Below, in pieces: positions 10,962 through 21,220 of a DNA stretch of 64,000 bases. The DNA is taken from positions 192,001-256,000 of the forward strand of contig CAXXLL010000002.1 in the NCBI GenBank assembly GCA_963662545.2, written 5' to 3'. The DNA comes from Gammaproteobacteria bacterium (GTDB lineage: Bacteria > Pseudomonadota > Gammaproteobacteria > Ga0077536). A program made the position numbers and the translations under genes. The notes beneath the pieces are model-generated. The model searched no databases, was not told where the DNA came from, and saw nothing but the letters and a program-made list of their open reading frames with translations. The first letter of the stretch is position 1. Each line of letters starts with the position of its first letter.

Positions 10962-11480
10962 ATGCATTGCCCATTTTGTGAACATACCGATACTCGGGTA
11001 ATCGATTCCCGGCTTCTCGGTGACGGGGATCAAATTCGCCGGCGCCGCGAATGCCAGAGTTGTAAAGCACGATTTACAACCTACGAAACCGCTGAATTGA
11101 GCCTTCCTCGAATTGTTAAAAGCGATGGTCGCCGCGAGACTTTTAACGATGAAAAACTCCGCAGCGGAATTTTGAAGGCGCTCGAAAAACGACCGGTACC
11201 CATGGAGCGCGTCGAAGACGCGATCAATCAGGTTAAGCGCCGCATACGTGAAAGCGGTGAACGTGAAATCGATGCCGTTAAAATCGGTGAACTCGTCATG
11301 AATGCCCTGCGCGGCCTGGATCACGTTGCCTACGTGCGCTTCGCCTCCGTGTATCGGAGTTTCGAGGACGTACGCGCCTTTCTCGAAGAGATAGAGCAAC
11401 TCGAAAACGAACTGCCGCCCAATCTTCGCGATCAACAACTCGAATTGTTGAAAGCGGAAAAGCCGAAAAAACCCCGCTGA
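10962..11480 (+). CDS. nrdR: Transcriptional repressor NrdR
   Basis: MHCPFC...RRRRECxxC..RFTTYE zinc ribbon, ATP-cone and [10 protein letters not shown]. Confidence 0.97.
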   Translation: MHCPFCEHTDTRVIDSRLLGDGDQIRRRRECQSCKARFTTYETAELSLPRIVKSDGRRETFNDEKLRSGILKALEKRPVPMERVEDAINQVKRRIRESGEREIDAVKIGELVMNALRGLDHVAYVRFASVYRSFEDVRAFLEEIEQLENELPPNLRDQQLELLKAEKPKKPR

Positions 11481-11504
11481 AGCATTTCATCGGCGGAGCG
11501 CCGC

Positions 11505-12620
11505 ATGCGTGACAATCAGGACGAGCACTACATGGCGATCGCGCTCGAACTCGCGCGCGCCGGCCTCTATTCGGCTGCACCAAACCCGCGCGTGGGATGC
11601 GTGCTGGTCAACCACGGCGTCGAAATTGGCCGCGGTTACCATCGCCGAGCGGGTGCGCCACACGCGGAAGTCGAGGCGCTTACAAAGGCCGACGGCGATC
11701 CCCGCGGCGCGACCGCTTACGTGTCCCTGGAACCCTGCAACCATGCCGGACGCACCCCGCCCTGCACCGAAGCTCTGATCGATGCCGGCATTGCGCGCGT
11801 CGTCTACGCTGCAACCGATCCCAATCCCAGCGTGAACGGCCGCGGCGCCGAGCGTCTGCGAAATGCGGGCATCGAAGTGCTCGGCGGCATTCAAAGCAAC
11901 GAAGCGGCCGCGCTCAACCGCGGGTTTTTTTCGCGGATGCAAGATGGGCGTCCGTTTGTTCGTGTCAAAATCGCTATGAGCATGGATGCTTGCGTTGCTC
12001 TCGAGAACGGCGAGAGCCAGTGGATCACAGGCGAGCAGGCGCGCGCCGATGTACATCGTTTGCGAGCGGAGTCCTGTGCCATCGTGACGGGGATCGGCAC
12101 GGTACTGACCGACGATCCATCGCTGAATGTCCGCGACCATCGCTATGAATTACACGGCCGACATCCTCGACGCGTCGTTTTGGACGACCGGTTGCGTATG
12201 CCGGTGGACGCACGCATGTTATCGCTGGCCGGCGAGACCTGGATCTTTCACGGCGAAGGCGAAGCTGATAAAGCATCTAGCTTGTCGAATAAGGGTGCGC
12301 GCATCGAGGCCATTGCGTCCCACGGGGGACGCATTGATATCGAGACGCTGCTGGCGCGTCTGGGCGAACTCGAGATCAATGAACTCATGGTCGAAGCCGG
12401 ACCGACGCTGACCAGCGCTTTCATTACCGAAGGTCAATTCGATGAACTCGTTATTTACGTTGCGCCGAAGCTGCTCGGCAGATCGGGGCGCCGCGCGCTG
12501 GAAGTCGAATCCCCTGCCGATCTGGCACGGGCCAGGCAGTTTGACCTTGTGTCCTGCGAACCAATCGGCGATGACGTACGATGGATCCTGCGACCAAAGC
12601 CGGGCCGACAGCAAAGCTAA
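11505..12620 (+). CDS. ribD: Bifunctional riboflavin deaminase/reductase RibD
   Basis: PNPRVGC, HAE, LEPCNH..RTPPC, SQWITG and DDPSLNVR motifs. Confidence 0.96.
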   Translation: MRDNQDEHYMAIALELARAGLYSAAPNPRVGCVLVNHGVEIGRGYHRRAGAPHAEVEALTKADGDPRGATAYVSLEPCNHAGRTPPCTEALIDAGIARVVYAATDPNPSVNGRGAERLRNAGIEVLGGIQSNEAAALNRGFFSRMQDGRPFVRVKIAMSMDACVALENGESQWITGEQARADVHRLRAESCAIVTGIGTVLTDDPSLNVRDHRYELHGRHPRRVVLDDRLRMPVDARMLSLAGETWIFHGEGEADKASSLSNKGARIEAIASHGGRIDIETLLARLGELEINELMVEAGPTLTSAFITEGQFDELVIYVAPKLLGRSGRRALEVESPADLARARQFDLVSCEPIGDDVRWILRPKPGRQQS

Positions 12621-12640
12621 CAGCGATTGATTTAGCACAT

Positions 12641-13303
12641 ATGTTTACAGGAATTATCGAAGCGACAGGCACGGTTGCACGGATGCATGCAAGGGGCGAT
12701 GCCATGCGGCTGCGCATCGATGCGGGATCGTTCGACCTGGGCGACGTTGCACTCGGCGATTCGATCGCGGTTTCAGGACCCTGCCTGACAGTGGTCGAGG
12801 TCGCGGACCACACGTTCGAGGTGGATGTATCGCCAGAGACGCTAGCGCGCACGACTCTCGGTCAGAAACACCCCGGCGATGGCGTCAACCTGGAAAAAGC
12901 ACTGCGTATGAGCGATCGCCTCGGCGGCCACCTCGTGAGTGGGCACATCGACGGAATCGGCACCGTGACCCGCCGCGAGTCGCGTGACGACTACGTTCGA
13001 TTCGTGACGCAGGTGGCGCCCGAGTTCGCCCCCTATATCGCTTCCAAGGGCTCCATTAGCATGGATGGCGTGAGTCTCACCGTGAACGATGCCGGCGATG
13101 CCTGCTTCGAGGTGTTGATCATCCCGCACACACTCGAGCATACGACGCTGGGTTCCTTGGGTGAAAGCGATTCAGTCAATATCGAAGTTGATCTGATCGC
13201 GCGATATATCGAGCGCCTCGTCAGCACTTCTAAAATCGGGAATGCAGACAGGGGCGCAACGCTTGAGAGTGCCATCGAGCGCGGCGCCTCCAAGCGAAGC
13301 TAA
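12641..13303 (+). CDS. ribE: Riboflavin synthase (alpha chain)
   Basis: Starts MFTGIIE; GDSIAVSGPCLTV, RLGGHLVSGHIDG and KGSISMDGVSLTVN motifs. Confidence 0.96.
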   Translation: MFTGIIEATGTVARMHARGDAMRLRIDAGSFDLGDVALGDSIAVSGPCLTVVEVADHTFEVDVSPETLARTTLGQKHPGDGVNLEKALRMSDRLGGHLVSGHIDGIGTVTRRESRDDYVRFVTQVAPEFAPYIASKGSISMDGVSLTVNDAGDACFEVLIIPHTLEHTTLGSLGESDSVNIEVDLIARYIERLVSTSKIGNADRGATLESAIERGASKRS

Positions 13304-13406
13304 AAGGCCGACCGCCGCGGCGTAATCACACGTGAACAGCCGCGAGATGGCCCGATTCGCATTACGGACGATATAATCGCCGGACCACAAAGGCGTAATC
13401 CCTGCG

Positions 13407-14516
13407 ATGTCACTCAATACGACAAAGGAACTTATAGACGAGATTAGCGACGGCCGTATGGTGATCATCATGGACGATGAGGATCGCGAGAATGAAGGTG
13501 ATTTCGTCGTCGCCGCCGCGCACTGCACGGCCGAGCACATCAATTTCATGGCGCGGCACGGCCGCGGCCTGATCTGTATGACGCTGACGGAAGAACGCTG
13601 CCGGCGTCTCAACCTGCCGTTGATGGTGCAGGATACTTTCTATACTCATCGTACGAATTTCACCGTCTCGATCGAGGCCGCGCAAGGGGTTACGACGGGC
13701 ATCTCAGCGGGCGATCGGGCGCGCACGGTACAAGCAGCCGTTGCTCCTGATGCGGTCATTTCTGACCTGGTCCAACCCGGGCATATTTTTCCCCTGATGG
13801 CGCAGTCGGGCGGCGTGCTGACGCGTGCTGGGCATACCGAAGCAGGGTGCGACCTCGCCCGACTAGCAGGGCTCGAGCCGGCAGCCGTCATCGTCGAGAT
13901 TCTCAACGACGACGGTACGATGGCGCGGCGACCCGATCTCGAACGAATCGCGCAGGAGTTCGATCTCAAGATCGGAACGATCGCCGACTTGATACGATTT
14001 CGGATTGAAAATGAAAAAACGGTCACTCGCGTAGCAGACTCTGAGTTGCCGACGGAGTTCGGCGATTTTCATCTTTACGCCTATCAGGATGCCATTCGCG
14101 GTGATCTGCACATGGCCATGGTCAAGGGCGTCATCGATGCGGACAAACCAACTTTGGTGCGGGTGCACATTTATAATCCATTCGAGGATCTGACGGCGAG
14201 CGTCCGCCAGGACGCCGGCTGGCCGTTGCGGGATGCGCTACGTCGCGTGAATGACGCCGGCGAAGGCGTGATCGTCGTGCTCAGCAATCAGGTCACGAAC
14301 GAGGACCTGTTGCGACAGATCGAGCGGTTTCGGGAAGAAGACGCGCGCTCAGCCGACCGGTCGCGAGACAGCAACCCGATGGATTGGCGCCAATTCGGCC
14401 TCGGCGCGCAGATTTTGGTGGACCTGGGCGTACGCAAAATGCGGGTCATGAGTAATCCGCGCAAGTATCATGCGATCTCCGGCTTCGGCCTCGAAGTCGT
14501 CGAATATGTAACCTGA
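13407..14516 (+). CDS. ribB: 3,4-dihydroxy-2-butanone-4-phosphate synthase fused to a degenerate GTP cyclohydrolase II-like domain (RibBX type)
   Basis: [25 protein letters not shown] and RAGHTEA motifs. The C-terminal domain lacks the GCHII Zn-cysteines. Confidence 0.92.
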   Translation: MSLNTTKELIDEISDGRMVIIMDDEDRENEGDFVVAAAHCTAEHINFMARHGRGLICMTLTEERCRRLNLPLMVQDTFYTHRTNFTVSIEAAQGVTTGISAGDRARTVQAAVAPDAVISDLVQPGHIFPLMAQSGGVLTRAGHTEAGCDLARLAGLEPAAVIVEILNDDGTMARRPDLERIAQEFDLKIGTIADLIRFRIENEKTVTRVADSELPTEFGDFHLYAYQDAIRGDLHMAMVKGVIDADKPTLVRVHIYNPFEDLTASVRQDAGWPLRDALRRVNDAGEGVIVVLSNQVTNEDLLRQIERFREEDARSADRSRDSNPMDWRQFGLGAQILVDLGVRKMRVMSNPRKYHAISGFGLEVVEYVT

Positions 14517-14529
14517 CAGGTACCGGGCG

Positions 14530-15003
14530 ATGCCAAATGCAACCATTATCGAAGGTCAACTCGTGCTCGAGGCCGAAGCGAATATTGCGATCATCTGCGC
14601 GCGTTTCAATAGTTTTATCGTTGAGCAGCTCCAATCCGGGTGTATCGAAGCGCTGCGTCGCCACGGTGTTTCCGAAGAACACCTTACCGTGGTGCGGACG
14701 CCTGGCGCTTTCGAAATACCATTGGTCGCGCAAAAGCTCGCTGGATCGGGCAAATATGACGCCGTGATTGCGCTCGGTTGCGTCATTCGCGGATCCACCG
14801 CTCATTTCGAACACATCTGCAGCGTCTGTTCACACGGACTCGCGGCAGCGGCCCGCGATACCGGCGTTCCGGTCGTATTCGGCGTTCTGACGACGAACAA
14901 CATTGAACAGGCAATAGAACGGGCAGGTACGAAAGCGGGGAACAAAGGCGCGGATGCGGCGGCGACGGCGATCGAAATGATTTCGTTGATGCGACAACTG
15001 TAA
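14530..15003 (+). CDS. ribH: 6,7-dimethyl-8-ribityllumazine synthase
   Basis: [25 protein letters not shown] and [13 protein letters not shown] motifs. Confidence 0.97.
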   Translation: MPNATIIEGQLVLEAEANIAIICARFNSFIVEQLQSGCIEALRRHGVSEEHLTVVRTPGAFEIPLVAQKLAGSGKYDAVIALGCVIRGSTAHFEHICSVCSHGLAAAARDTGVPVVFGVLTTNNIEQAIERAGTKAGNKGADAAATAIEMISLMRQL

Positions 15004-15005
15004 AA

Positions 15006-15449
15006 ATGGCCGCCCGGGGAGGACATCGCGCACGGATTCGCGCCCGCAGATGCGCCGTGCAGGCCCTGTATCAATGGCAGATCGCCGGGCACGAACCTTG
15101 CGATATCCTCACCGAGTTCGTGGCCGAGCGCGAACTCATCAGCGTGGACATGGATTATTTCGCAATACTCATATCGGAAATCCCCACTCAGTTCGATATC
15201 CTGCAGGCCGATCTTCAGTCCTGCCTGGATCGTGAATGGAAACAACTCGATCCCGTGGAACGTAGCGTTCTGCTGATCGGCGCCTACGAGATGCGAAACT
15301 GCCCCGAGGTTCCTTATCGCGTGGTCATCAACGAAGGCGTCGAGTTGTGTAAGATGTTCGGCACGGTTGAGGGACATCGATATGTCAACGGTGTACTCGA
15401 CAAGTTGGCGAAGGACCGACGAACACCGGAAATCGCCTCAACAGAATAA
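15006..15449 (+). CDS. nusB: Transcription antitermination factor NusB
   Basis: RARRCAVQALYQW, VPYRVVINE and YVNGVLDK motifs; follows ribH. Confidence 0.96.
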   Translation: MAARGGHRARIRARRCAVQALYQWQIAGHEPCDILTEFVAERELISVDMDYFAILISEIPTQFDILQADLQSCLDREWKQLDPVERSVLLIGAYEMRNCPEVPYRVVINEGVELCKMFGTVEGHRYVNGVLDKLAKDRRTPEIASTE

Positions 15450-15467
15450 ACCGAAACCCGTCGTTTT

Positions 15468-16433
15468 TTGCCCATGGATGAGTTCGACCTCATCAAACGA
15501 TATTTCCAAGCGCTGGAATCCGCGCGCGGCGATGTAAATATCGGAATCGGGGACGACGCCGCAATCGTCGCATGGGATTCAGCGGATGACATGGCTATCG
15601 CCGTCGATACCCTTGTCGAAGGCGTCCATTTTCCGGCCGGCATGCCGGCCGACGCGGTCGGCTACAAGGCCGTGGCCGTCAATCTCAGCGATTTCGCCGC
15701 GATGGGTGCAATGCCGCGCTATGCGACGCTCGCCCTGACTCTTCCGCGGGCGGACGCCGATTGGCTCGAGGCGTTCGCGAACGGCATGAATAAAGCCTTG
15801 GTGGACGCCGACACGGTACTTGTCGGCGGCGATACGACACGCGGCCCGTTGACGGTCACGGTACAACTCGTGGGTCCATGCGAGGGTGCGCCGATGACGC
15901 GTGCGGGAGCCGAGCCCGACGACGTGATCCTGGTATCAGGAAGTCTGGGTGATGCGTGTGCGGGGCTCGAACTGCTGCGTGGCAATATGCCCCCGTCAGG
16001 CGGCGACGAACGAGAACTGATTCGACGATTTCTGCGGCCCGAAGCCCGCCTCGAACTCGGCCGCGCCTGTCGGATACACGCGCATGCGGCCATCGATATT
16101 TCCGACGGATTGCTCGCCGACGTGGCTCACGTCATGACGGCCAGTGCTTGCCGCGCGGAACTTGAAATCGACGTGGTGCCGCTCTCCGCCGCCCTGACAT
16201 CTACTGTCGAACGTGGTCGTGCACTGCAATATGCAGTGGCGGGTGGTGACGATTATGAATTGGTCCTGTGTGTGCCGCCGGCCGCTCTCGACCGCGTCCT
16301 AGAGGAAGCAGATCGAATCGCCGTACCATTGACATCGATCGGGCGTGTGGTCGTGGGTGAGGGCGTTATCTGCCGCGATGCCGACGGCGCGGACGTAACG
16401 CCGCGCGAGAAGGGATACGTCCATTTCGACTGA
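15468..16433 (+). CDS. thiL: Thiamine-monophosphate kinase
   Basis: EFDLIKRYF, GIGDDAA, AVNLSDFAAMGA, GGDT, DISDGL and GGDDYEL motifs. Confidence 0.96.
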   Translation: MPMDEFDLIKRYFQALESARGDVNIGIGDDAAIVAWDSADDMAIAVDTLVEGVHFPAGMPADAVGYKAVAVNLSDFAAMGAMPRYATLALTLPRADADWLEAFANGMNKALVDADTVLVGGDTTRGPLTVTVQLVGPCEGAPMTRAGAEPDDVILVSGSLGDACAGLELLRGNMPPSGGDERELIRRFLRPEARLELGRACRIHAHAAIDISDGLLADVAHVMTASACRAELEIDVVPLSAALTSTVERGRALQYAVAGGDDYELVLCVPPAALDRVLEEADRIAVPLTSIGRVVVGEGVICRDADGADVTPREKGYVHFD

Positions 16434-16462
16434 CAGAAGCCGCCCTTCATGCAATAGGCGGT

Positions 16463-16984
16463 CTAGAGCTGAACGAAACCCGCGGATTTGAGTCGTTCGA
16501 TTTCGTCGGGCCCATAGGGCACGAACTCGACGAACGGAGGGACTTCCGATTCCTCGAGGCCAAAGCTCGCGGCGGAGGTGGCACACATCTTGAAATCAAA
16601 AACGTCGAAGGCGTCGAGTTTTACGGCGAGGTCGACAATGTTCTGATATTTCGAATAATTCCGGGACGAGAAAAAATCAATGTCAGGACCGTGGAGCACG
16701 AGCACGACTTTGAGGCTCGCGCGTTCGGCGGCGGGCGTGTCTTCGTAAATCATGTGGGCGCGATCGAGCAACGCGAAAAATTCTTCCGCGCTGTGTCCAA
16801 TGACGTCGAAATAGAACCCGGCTTCACCGGCCGGCGCGGGCACGTCATTCTGCGACGGCGCCTGCGGTAACCGGATCGCGGCGGTGTCGGGCGTCTCGTC
16901 CTCGGGTGCGGTAAGAAACAGCGCCATGAGAACGACGGCAGCGCATGCTCCTATCACTACGACTGTTTTCAAGACGGGATTCAT
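16463..16984 (-). CDS. Membrane-anchored DsrE-like protein
   Basis: N-terminal TM helix, VVLVLHGPD and FKMC (conserved Cys), C-terminal EIERLKSAGF as in DsrE/F-like proteins. Confidence 0.65.
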   Translation of the reverse strand: MNPVLKTVVVIGACAAVVLMALFLTAPEDETPDTAAIRLPQAPSQNDVPAPAGEAGFYFDVIGHSAEEFFALLDRAHMIYEDTPAAERASLKVVLVLHGPDIDFFSSRNYSKYQNIVDLAVKLDAFDVFDFKMCATSAASFGLEESEVPPFVEFVPYGPDEIERLKSAGFVQL

Positions 16985-17107
16985 GGCAATCGGCGAAACT
17001 ATCCTGGCGGGGCGCGATTGGGCGGCCCCGGGGCCTCCATTTTATGGCTAAAAGTTGCGGTTACGAATGGGTAGCCGGTCCAGCCGCCAGATCAATCTAT
17101 GTCCCCC

Positions 17108-17129
17108 TATCTACTGATAGGTATATACT
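17108..17129 (+). promoter_or_regulatory. Putative TetR operator palindrome abutting a -10 box
   Basis: TATCTA-CTGA-TAGGTA (1 mismatch) directly followed by TATACT, upstream of the TetR gene. Confidence 0.55.
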
Positions 17130-17160
17130 ACTGGCCGTTTCGAACGGTGGGTGTGTGGAC

Positions 17161-17820
17161 GTGGCGGCAACAACGGGCGGCATGGCGGACAGGATCCTGG
17201 CCACAGCGCAGCTGATGGTCCAGCAGCGGGGTTTTCACGCCTTTAGCTACCGCGACATCGCGGCCGAAATCGGTATTAAATCGGCCAGCATTCATTACCA
17301 TTTCCCGACCAAGCCGGATCTCGCCCGCGCGATTCTGGACCGCATCACCGTCGCCTTCGACGCACGCCTCAAAGAACTCGACCTATTGTCCGACCCGCGG
17401 GAGAAATTATGGCGGTTCTGTGCGATATTCCTCGATACCTTTCAGGGCGGCGATCGCCTGTGCGCTTTCTGTATGGTCGCGACCGCACAGGACGGCGTGC
17501 CCGCCACCGTGCGTGAACGTGTGACTGACTTTTGGGAAACCGGCGAGATCTGGCTGGAAGGCGTCCTCGAAGAAGGCCGCGCGGACGGCCGCCTTGCGTT
17601 CTCGGCGAGTTCGCAAGCGGTCGCGCGGCTTTTCATCGCTGGGCTCGAAGGCGGTATGGTTACGGCGCGGGCTTTTGAAGATCGAACGCGTTTCATTGCC
17701 ATTGCGGATCAACTCGTGGCATCCGTCATGCCGTCAGGGGTGAAACCTGAGTCGCTTGATAGGGTCCAACCGGATAGACGGGTTCGATCGAGCGGCGGCG
17801 ATCCTACGATCGTTCTGTGA
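17161..17820 (+). CDS. TetR/AcrR-family regulator (NemR/LmrA-like)
   Basis: HTH motif GFHAFSYRDIAAEIGIKSASIHYHFPTK. Start is GTG 17161 or ATG 17182. Confidence 0.9.
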   Translation: MAATTGGMADRILATAQLMVQQRGFHAFSYRDIAAEIGIKSASIHYHFPTKPDLARAILDRITVAFDARLKELDLLSDPREKLWRFCAIFLDTFQGGDRLCAFCMVATAQDGVPATVRERVTDFWETGEIWLEGVLEEGRADGRLAFSASSQAVARLFIAGLEGGMVTARAFEDRTRFIAIADQLVASVMPSGVKPESLDRVQPDRRVRSSGGDPTIVL

Positions 17821-17870
17821 TGAAGAGCATCCGCGAAGCCGGGTAAAGGTCGCGGTTGAAGGAGAAGGAA

Positions 17871-18680
17871 ATGAGACGCATGGTTGACCTGATCACGACA
17901 GCGTTGATGATCGGCGCGATTACCGCGGTGTTTCCGGCGGTCGCCGAGCAATCGGATGTGGACGTCTGGGCGACCCTGTTGAAACCCCATTACTTCGGTG
18001 ACGCCGAACTGGTGGAAGGAAATTCCGTCATCGAGATGAAAACGCCTTACCGCGCGGAGGATGCTGCGTTTACGCCGGTTTCCATCACGGCGAACATGCC
18101 GCAGACCGAAGAACGTTACATCGAGAAAATCTATCTGTTCGTCGAGAAGAATCCCCAGCCTTTGGCCGGTATTTTTCAATTGACCCCGGCGATGGGGCGT
18201 GCCGATCTCGCCATGCGCGTGCGCGTCGATATGTACACCAACGTCCGTGCGGTGGCGGTGCTGAACACCGGCGAACATCACATGGTAACGAATTTCGTCA
18301 AGGCTCAGGGCGGCTGCTCGGCGCCGCTGGCCTCGGATTTCGCAGCAGCGATGGAGAAAATCGGCTCGATGCGCTTTCGCACGATCGGCGAACGCACTAC
18401 CGAGGACCTCATCATCGGCCAGTTCATGCTAAGCCATCCGAATGTTACCGGCATGCAGGAAGACCAGAAAACCCACCTCTTTCGTCCCGCTCATTACGTG
18501 AAAACGATCAAACTCTATCAGGGCGACAAGCTCCTCATGACTGCTGAAACCGGTTTCTCCGTGAGTGAGGATCCCACGTTCCGTTTCTTCTTCCGTCCCG
18601 ATGGCTCTGCTGAACTGCGTGCGGAAGTAGAAGATTCCAAGGGCCTTTCCTGGGCAGAGAAATTCAAGATCAAAACTTGA
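17871..18680 (+). CDS. Fused SoxYZ-like carrier protein (quinoprotein dehydrogenase-associated type)
   Basis: Signal peptide, TPYRAEDAAFTP, EKNPQP, VKAQGGCSAP (SoxY GGC motif, internal), then SoxZ-like HPNVTGMQ and SEDPTFRF. Confidence 0.85.
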   Translation: MRRMVDLITTALMIGAITAVFPAVAEQSDVDVWATLLKPHYFGDAELVEGNSVIEMKTPYRAEDAAFTPVSITANMPQTEERYIEKIYLFVEKNPQPLAGIFQLTPAMGRADLAMRVRVDMYTNVRAVAVLNTGEHHMVTNFVKAQGGCSAPLASDFAAAMEKIGSMRFRTIGERTTEDLIIGQFMLSHPNVTGMQEDQKTHLFRPAHYVKTIKLYQGDKLLMTAETGFSVSEDPTFRFFFRPDGSAELRAEVEDSKGLSWAEKFKIKT

Positions 18681-18759
18681 GAAGATTTCGTAAGTTCTGA
18701 ATGTTGCCCGTCTGGATACGCTAGAATCCGGCGCAACATTCCACCAAGCGGCCTACCCT

Positions 18760-19512
18760 ATGACCGGTAATTTCCGCCAACGACTCATCGCCGGCGAAAC
18801 CCTGATCGGCACCATCGTCACGCTCGAATCCCCCGAGATCGTCGAAGCTCTGTGTCATATCGGGTTCGACTGGCTGTTCATTGAAACCGAGCACTCACCA
18901 CTGCTTCCGCACGCAGTGCAGCAGATCATCCAGACGGCGGGCGACACGCCGTGTGTCGTGCGCCTGTCACGCAGCGACGAAATCTCGATCAAGCGCGCGC
19001 TCGACGCCGGTGCAGCCGGCATCATCGTGCCGCAGGTCAATTCGGCAGCACATGCCAGGCTTGTTGTCAGCTACGCAAAGTACGCGCCGATGGGAACGCG
19101 CGGCATCGGTTTGAGCAGGGCCAGCAAGTACGGGCTTAACTTCGAAGACTATGTGGCGAACGCCAACGAGAACACCGCAGTCATCGTCCAGGCCGAACAT
19201 ATCGATGCGGTCGAAAACATCGACGAAATCTGTGAGGTGGAAGGCGTCGATGCCGTTTTCATTGGTCCCTACGATCTTTCCGCAAGCCTCAACAAGATCG
19301 GTCGCCTGCGCGACCGTGAGGTGCTGGATGCGATGAACCGCGTACGTGATGCCTGCCTTGAAAAGGGCGTAAAGCTCGGCGTCTACGGCCGTGGGCCCGA
19401 AGAAGTAGTGCCCTACGAGGCCGAGGGCTACAACCTGCTTTGCTGTGGCGCCGACATCGCGATTTATGCGGCCGGCGCGCAGCACTTGCTCGAAACCTTG
19501 CGCGACAAATAG
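18760..19512 (+). CDS. HpcH/HpaI-family class II aldolase
   Basis: GFDWLFIETEHS, ALDAGAAGIIVPQV, YAPMGTRG and FIGPYDLS motifs. Confidence 0.9.
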   Translation: MTGNFRQRLIAGETLIGTIVTLESPEIVEALCHIGFDWLFIETEHSPLLPHAVQQIIQTAGDTPCVVRLSRSDEISIKRALDAGAAGIIVPQVNSAAHARLVVSYAKYAPMGTRGIGLSRASKYGLNFEDYVANANENTAVIVQAEHIDAVENIDEICEVEGVDAVFIGPYDLSASLNKIGRLRDREVLDAMNRVRDACLEKGVKLGVYGRGPEEVVPYEAEGYNLLCCGADIAIYAAGAQHLLETLRDK

Positions 19513-19521
19513 GACCTCCGA

Positions 19522-20184
19522 ATGGATGCGGGCTTACGAAAGGCGTTGCTGGAACTGGATTGCGCATCGCTCGCAGACGCCGACAAGTCGCTCAGGGTCG
19601 TCGATGCGTCGATCCGTCCACTCAATCCGGGCCGAAAATTAGTCGGCGTCGCCCGCACCCTGCGCTGTCACGAGGATTTTCTGACGGTGATCAAGGCGCT
19701 GGACGAATCGCGTCCGGGCGAAATTCTGGTCATTGACACGCAGGGCGGCAGGCGAGCGGTGGTCGGCGAATTATTTTCGCTCGAAGCGGCGCGGCGCGGC
19801 TTGGCGGGGATCATCGTTGACGGTGCGGTGCGGGACACGCGTACCATTCGTACCCTCGACATCCCGGTATATGCCCGTGCGTTCTGCCCCTGCTCGGGCA
19901 CGACGCACAGCTTGATGGAGACGCAGTGCCGCATTGAATGCGGCGGCGTCCCGGTGGAACCCGGCGACATCGTCGTGGGCGACGAGGACGGCATCGTGAT
20001 CGCGACCGAAGAAGAGTTGCAAGCGCTGGTTCCGACCGCGATGGAGATCGAGCGCACCGAAGCGCAAGTTCGCGACCGTATGGCGGCTGGAACGGGACTC
20101 ATCGACATGCTCAACTATCATGAACACGCCGCGGCCGTGGCGCGCAGCGAAGACAGCAAGCTGCAGTTCAAGCTCAACGAATAG
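19522..20184 (+). CDS. RraA-family / HMG-CHA aldolase-like protein
   Basis: AVVGEL, GIIVDGAVRD and VEPGDIVVGDEDGIV motifs. Confidence 0.88.
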   Translation: MDAGLRKALLELDCASLADADKSLRVVDASIRPLNPGRKLVGVARTLRCHEDFLTVIKALDESRPGEILVIDTQGGRRAVVGELFSLEAARRGLAGIIVDGAVRDTRTIRTLDIPVYARAFCPCSGTTHSLMETQCRIECGGVPVEPGDIVVGDEDGIVIATEEELQALVPTAMEIERTEAQVRDRMAAGTGLIDMLNYHEHAAAVARSEDSKLQFKLNE

Positions 20185-20185
20185 G

Positions 20186-20560
20186 GTGGACCGCGATAGG
20201 GTATCTCGGTTTCGCGGGCCAGCCCTGGTTGGCCTCCTCACCGGATTTATCATCGATATCGCGCCCGGCATGGAACCCGACGGCGAGGCTCTGGCACGCG
20301 ATCTCGCACAGTGCGCGGCCTTTTTCTTCAATGCCACGAACGCTCGTCCCATGGAAGAATACGAGCGCCTCTATGGAGCGGGAGAACGAGCCGTCAATCG
20401 CGCAATGCAGATTCTCGGGCGCACCACGATCGACCGCCTGATCGGCGATGCGTCTGTGGAAATGACCGCGGACATGGGTCAGGATTGGAGAAATTTCGGC
20501 CGCATCGAGGCACGCTTAGGTGAGCAGTGCTGGGAGTTGGTCGGTATCGACCGTGAGTGA
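20186..20560 (+). CDS. Hypothetical protein, possibly exported
   Basis: ORF directly after the RraA-like gene with a hydrophobic N-region and two Cys. Start uncertain. Confidence 0.5.
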   Translation: MDRDRVSRFRGPALVGLLTGFIIDIAPGMEPDGEALARDLAQCAAFFFNATNARPMEEYERLYGAGERAVNRAMQILGRTTIDRLIGDASVEMTADMGQDWRNFGRIEARLGEQCWELVGIDRE

Positions 20561-20633
20561 GGTGAAGGCCGTATCGGTACCGCTGCCGAAATAGTGAACG
20601 CCTGCAGCGTAACCCGGTGATCGGATATGCAGC

Positions 20634-21131
20634 TTAGGCGTCGAGTCCGCGCAGGTACCAGATCAGGTCCATTTCCGGTACGTTGTGTCCGAATCCGGAT
20701 ATGGCTGAGGAGATCTGTCCGCGATGATGGGTCCCGTGATTGAATACGTGCAGTAATATTGAAGGCAGCGAGTCGCGAAAATCTGCACCCGACATGTTCT
20801 GGTAGACGAGATCGCGGGCAAGCGCACCCTCGTCCTGCCCTGCGATCCAGGTCTTCCATCGGGCGGATTGTGTATAAAGCCTGCGTTCCAGTTCGGCACG
20901 GTCGCCCTCGAGTTCCGCGTCCAGGCCGGGTACATCGAACGGCTCTTCAGCGCAGCGTCCATACCAGACATTGTCGCCGACGAGCAGGTGATTCAGCGTT
21001 CCGTGAATACTTCGAAAAAACAGTCCCGAATCAGCGAAATACTGATCGCCAGATACAGAGAGCAGGGCGCCGTAAAGCACTTCGAAGGCCCAGACGTGGT
21101 AGTCGGCCAGCATCAGTAAATGATTTTTCAC
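20634..21131 (-). CDS. DinB/YfiT-family protein
   Basis: SIHGTLNHLLVGD and HVFNHGTHHRGQ metal-binding motifs. Confidence 0.9.
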   Translation of the reverse strand: MKNHLLMLADYHVWAFEVLYGALLSVSGDQYFADSGLFFRSIHGTLNHLLVGDNVWYGRCAEEPFDVPGLDAELEGDRAELERRLYTQSARWKTWIAGQDEGALARDLVYQNMSGADFRDSLPSILLHVFNHGTHHRGQISSAISGFGHNVPEMDLIWYLRGLDA

Positions 21132-21220
21132 GGAGTTCTCTAAAATACCGATATGCGCGCAGTAGGTCATAGCCTACCGCATGATATTGATGAAAAATAA
21201 GCCTTAAAAAAGGATTGAAT

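Noticed and set aside
13304-13406. FMN riboswitch upstream of ribB
   Set aside because: No RFN consensus; only a lone TATAAT without a clear -35.
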